From an uncultured Oscillospiraceae bacterium (GTDB taxonomy: Bacteria > Bacillota > Clostridia > Oscillospirales > Oscillospiraceae), in NCBI GenBank assembly GCA_910588045.1, contig CAJUPS010000008.1, positions 4,012-68,011 on the forward strand: a stretch of DNA of 64,000 nucleotides, in the 5' to 3' direction. Below are positions 63,505 through 64,000 of the stretch, piece by piece. The position numbers were made by a program, and so were the translations under genes. How positions within the stretch are numbered: the first letter of the stretch is position 1; each line of letters opens with the position of its first letter. A model generated the notes under the pieces. It saw only the letters and a program-made list of their open reading frames with translations, did no database searches and was not told the DNA's origin.

Positions 63505-64000
63505 TTTTCGCTTCCTTTCCGCCATCGCCGCGGTATCCCAGGGCGAAGGAAATCCGCGCCGCCGCCTCCAACAGGAGGCCCGTGGCCTGCTCCAGCTCCG
63601 GTGCATTGACCCGACGGAACATCCCCACCACGCACACCGCGTAGGCGGCGTCCCCGTTCACATCGAATACCGGCGCAGAGACCGACCGCAGCCCGATGCG
63701 GTACTCCCCGTTCTCAAGGGCGTAGCCCCGGGCCAGGATCTCCGGCACCTCCGCCTCCAGCGAGGCCGCGTCCGTGTGTCCGTGGGGGGTGTAGGCGGTA
63801 AAATCGCAGCTGCGCAGCAGGCTCCTCCGCCGGCCCTCCGGCAGATAGGACAGCAGCAGCTTCCCTTGGGAGGTACAGTGCACCGGCAGACGGGCCCCCT
63901 TTCGGGACACCACCCGCAGGTCGCTGTGGGCATCGGCGCAGTCCAGGACCAGCACCTCGCCCCGGTCCAGGGCGGCGATAGAGACCGACTCCCCTGTCTC
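63491..64000 (-). CDS. IclR-family transcriptional regulator, C-terminal effector domain (5' end lies outside the window)
   Basis: The frame stays open to the window edge (ETGESVSIAALDRGEVLVLD...). IclR-type motifs include HCTSQGKLLLSYL and ENGEYRIGLRSVSAPVF. Confidence 0.8.
   Translation of the reverse strand, partial: ETGESVSIAALDRGEVLVLDCADAHSDLRVVSRKGARLPVHCTSQGKLLLSYLPEGRRRSLLRSCDFTAYTPHGHTDAASLEAEVPEILARGYALENGEYRIGLRSVSAPVFDVNGDAAYAVCVVGMFRRVNAPELEQATGLLLEAAARISFALGYRGDGGKEAKNAAN

Overview
GC-rich chromosomal segment from a spore-forming Firmicute. Gene content and codon bias suggest a Clostridia or Oscillospiraceae-like gut anaerobe, but that is inference only. I support about 57 protein genes, mostly on the minus strand. 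Housekeeping genes: secA, clpB, yceD-rpmF, luxS, a DEAD-box helicase, pgeF, pepP and a potA-like ATPase. Spore morphogenesis genes: spoIVA, a SipL-like DUF3794+LysM protein, and a 24-codon spoVM that falls below the ORF-track cutoff. Signalling genes: two OmpR-type two-component systems (one split around an ABC transporter), a LytTR/HPK10 pair, a hybrid PAS kinase, a chemoreceptor, and two paralogous ECF sigma/DUF4179 pairs. Other genes: four ABC systems and assorted enzymes. By eye I found no rRNA, tRNA, CRISPR array or transposase. Many long ORFs in the track are antisense shadows of real genes, which is typical of high-GC DNA, and I rejected them. The most interesting locus is 56.9-60.2 kb. 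A tyrosine recombinase gene abuts a 200-bp AT-rich cassette that carries an extended -10 promoter and a bidirectional terminator and is bracketed by perfect 24-bp inverted repeats, so it is a candidate invertible switch. Next to it lies a roughly 320-nt leader with two tandem c-di-GMP-I (GEMM-I)-like aptamers, followed by a secreted beta-helix repeat protein. In the assembled orientation the promoter points away from that gene. Other notable signals are a textbook LytTR-type direct-repeat promoter in front of a heterodimeric ABC exporter, a perfect CIRCE operator upstream of clpB, an orphan Phd/YefM-DUF2007 fusion protein, and REP-like arrays of short GC hairpins. All family assignments come from motif recognition by eye and memory. 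No database search was run.
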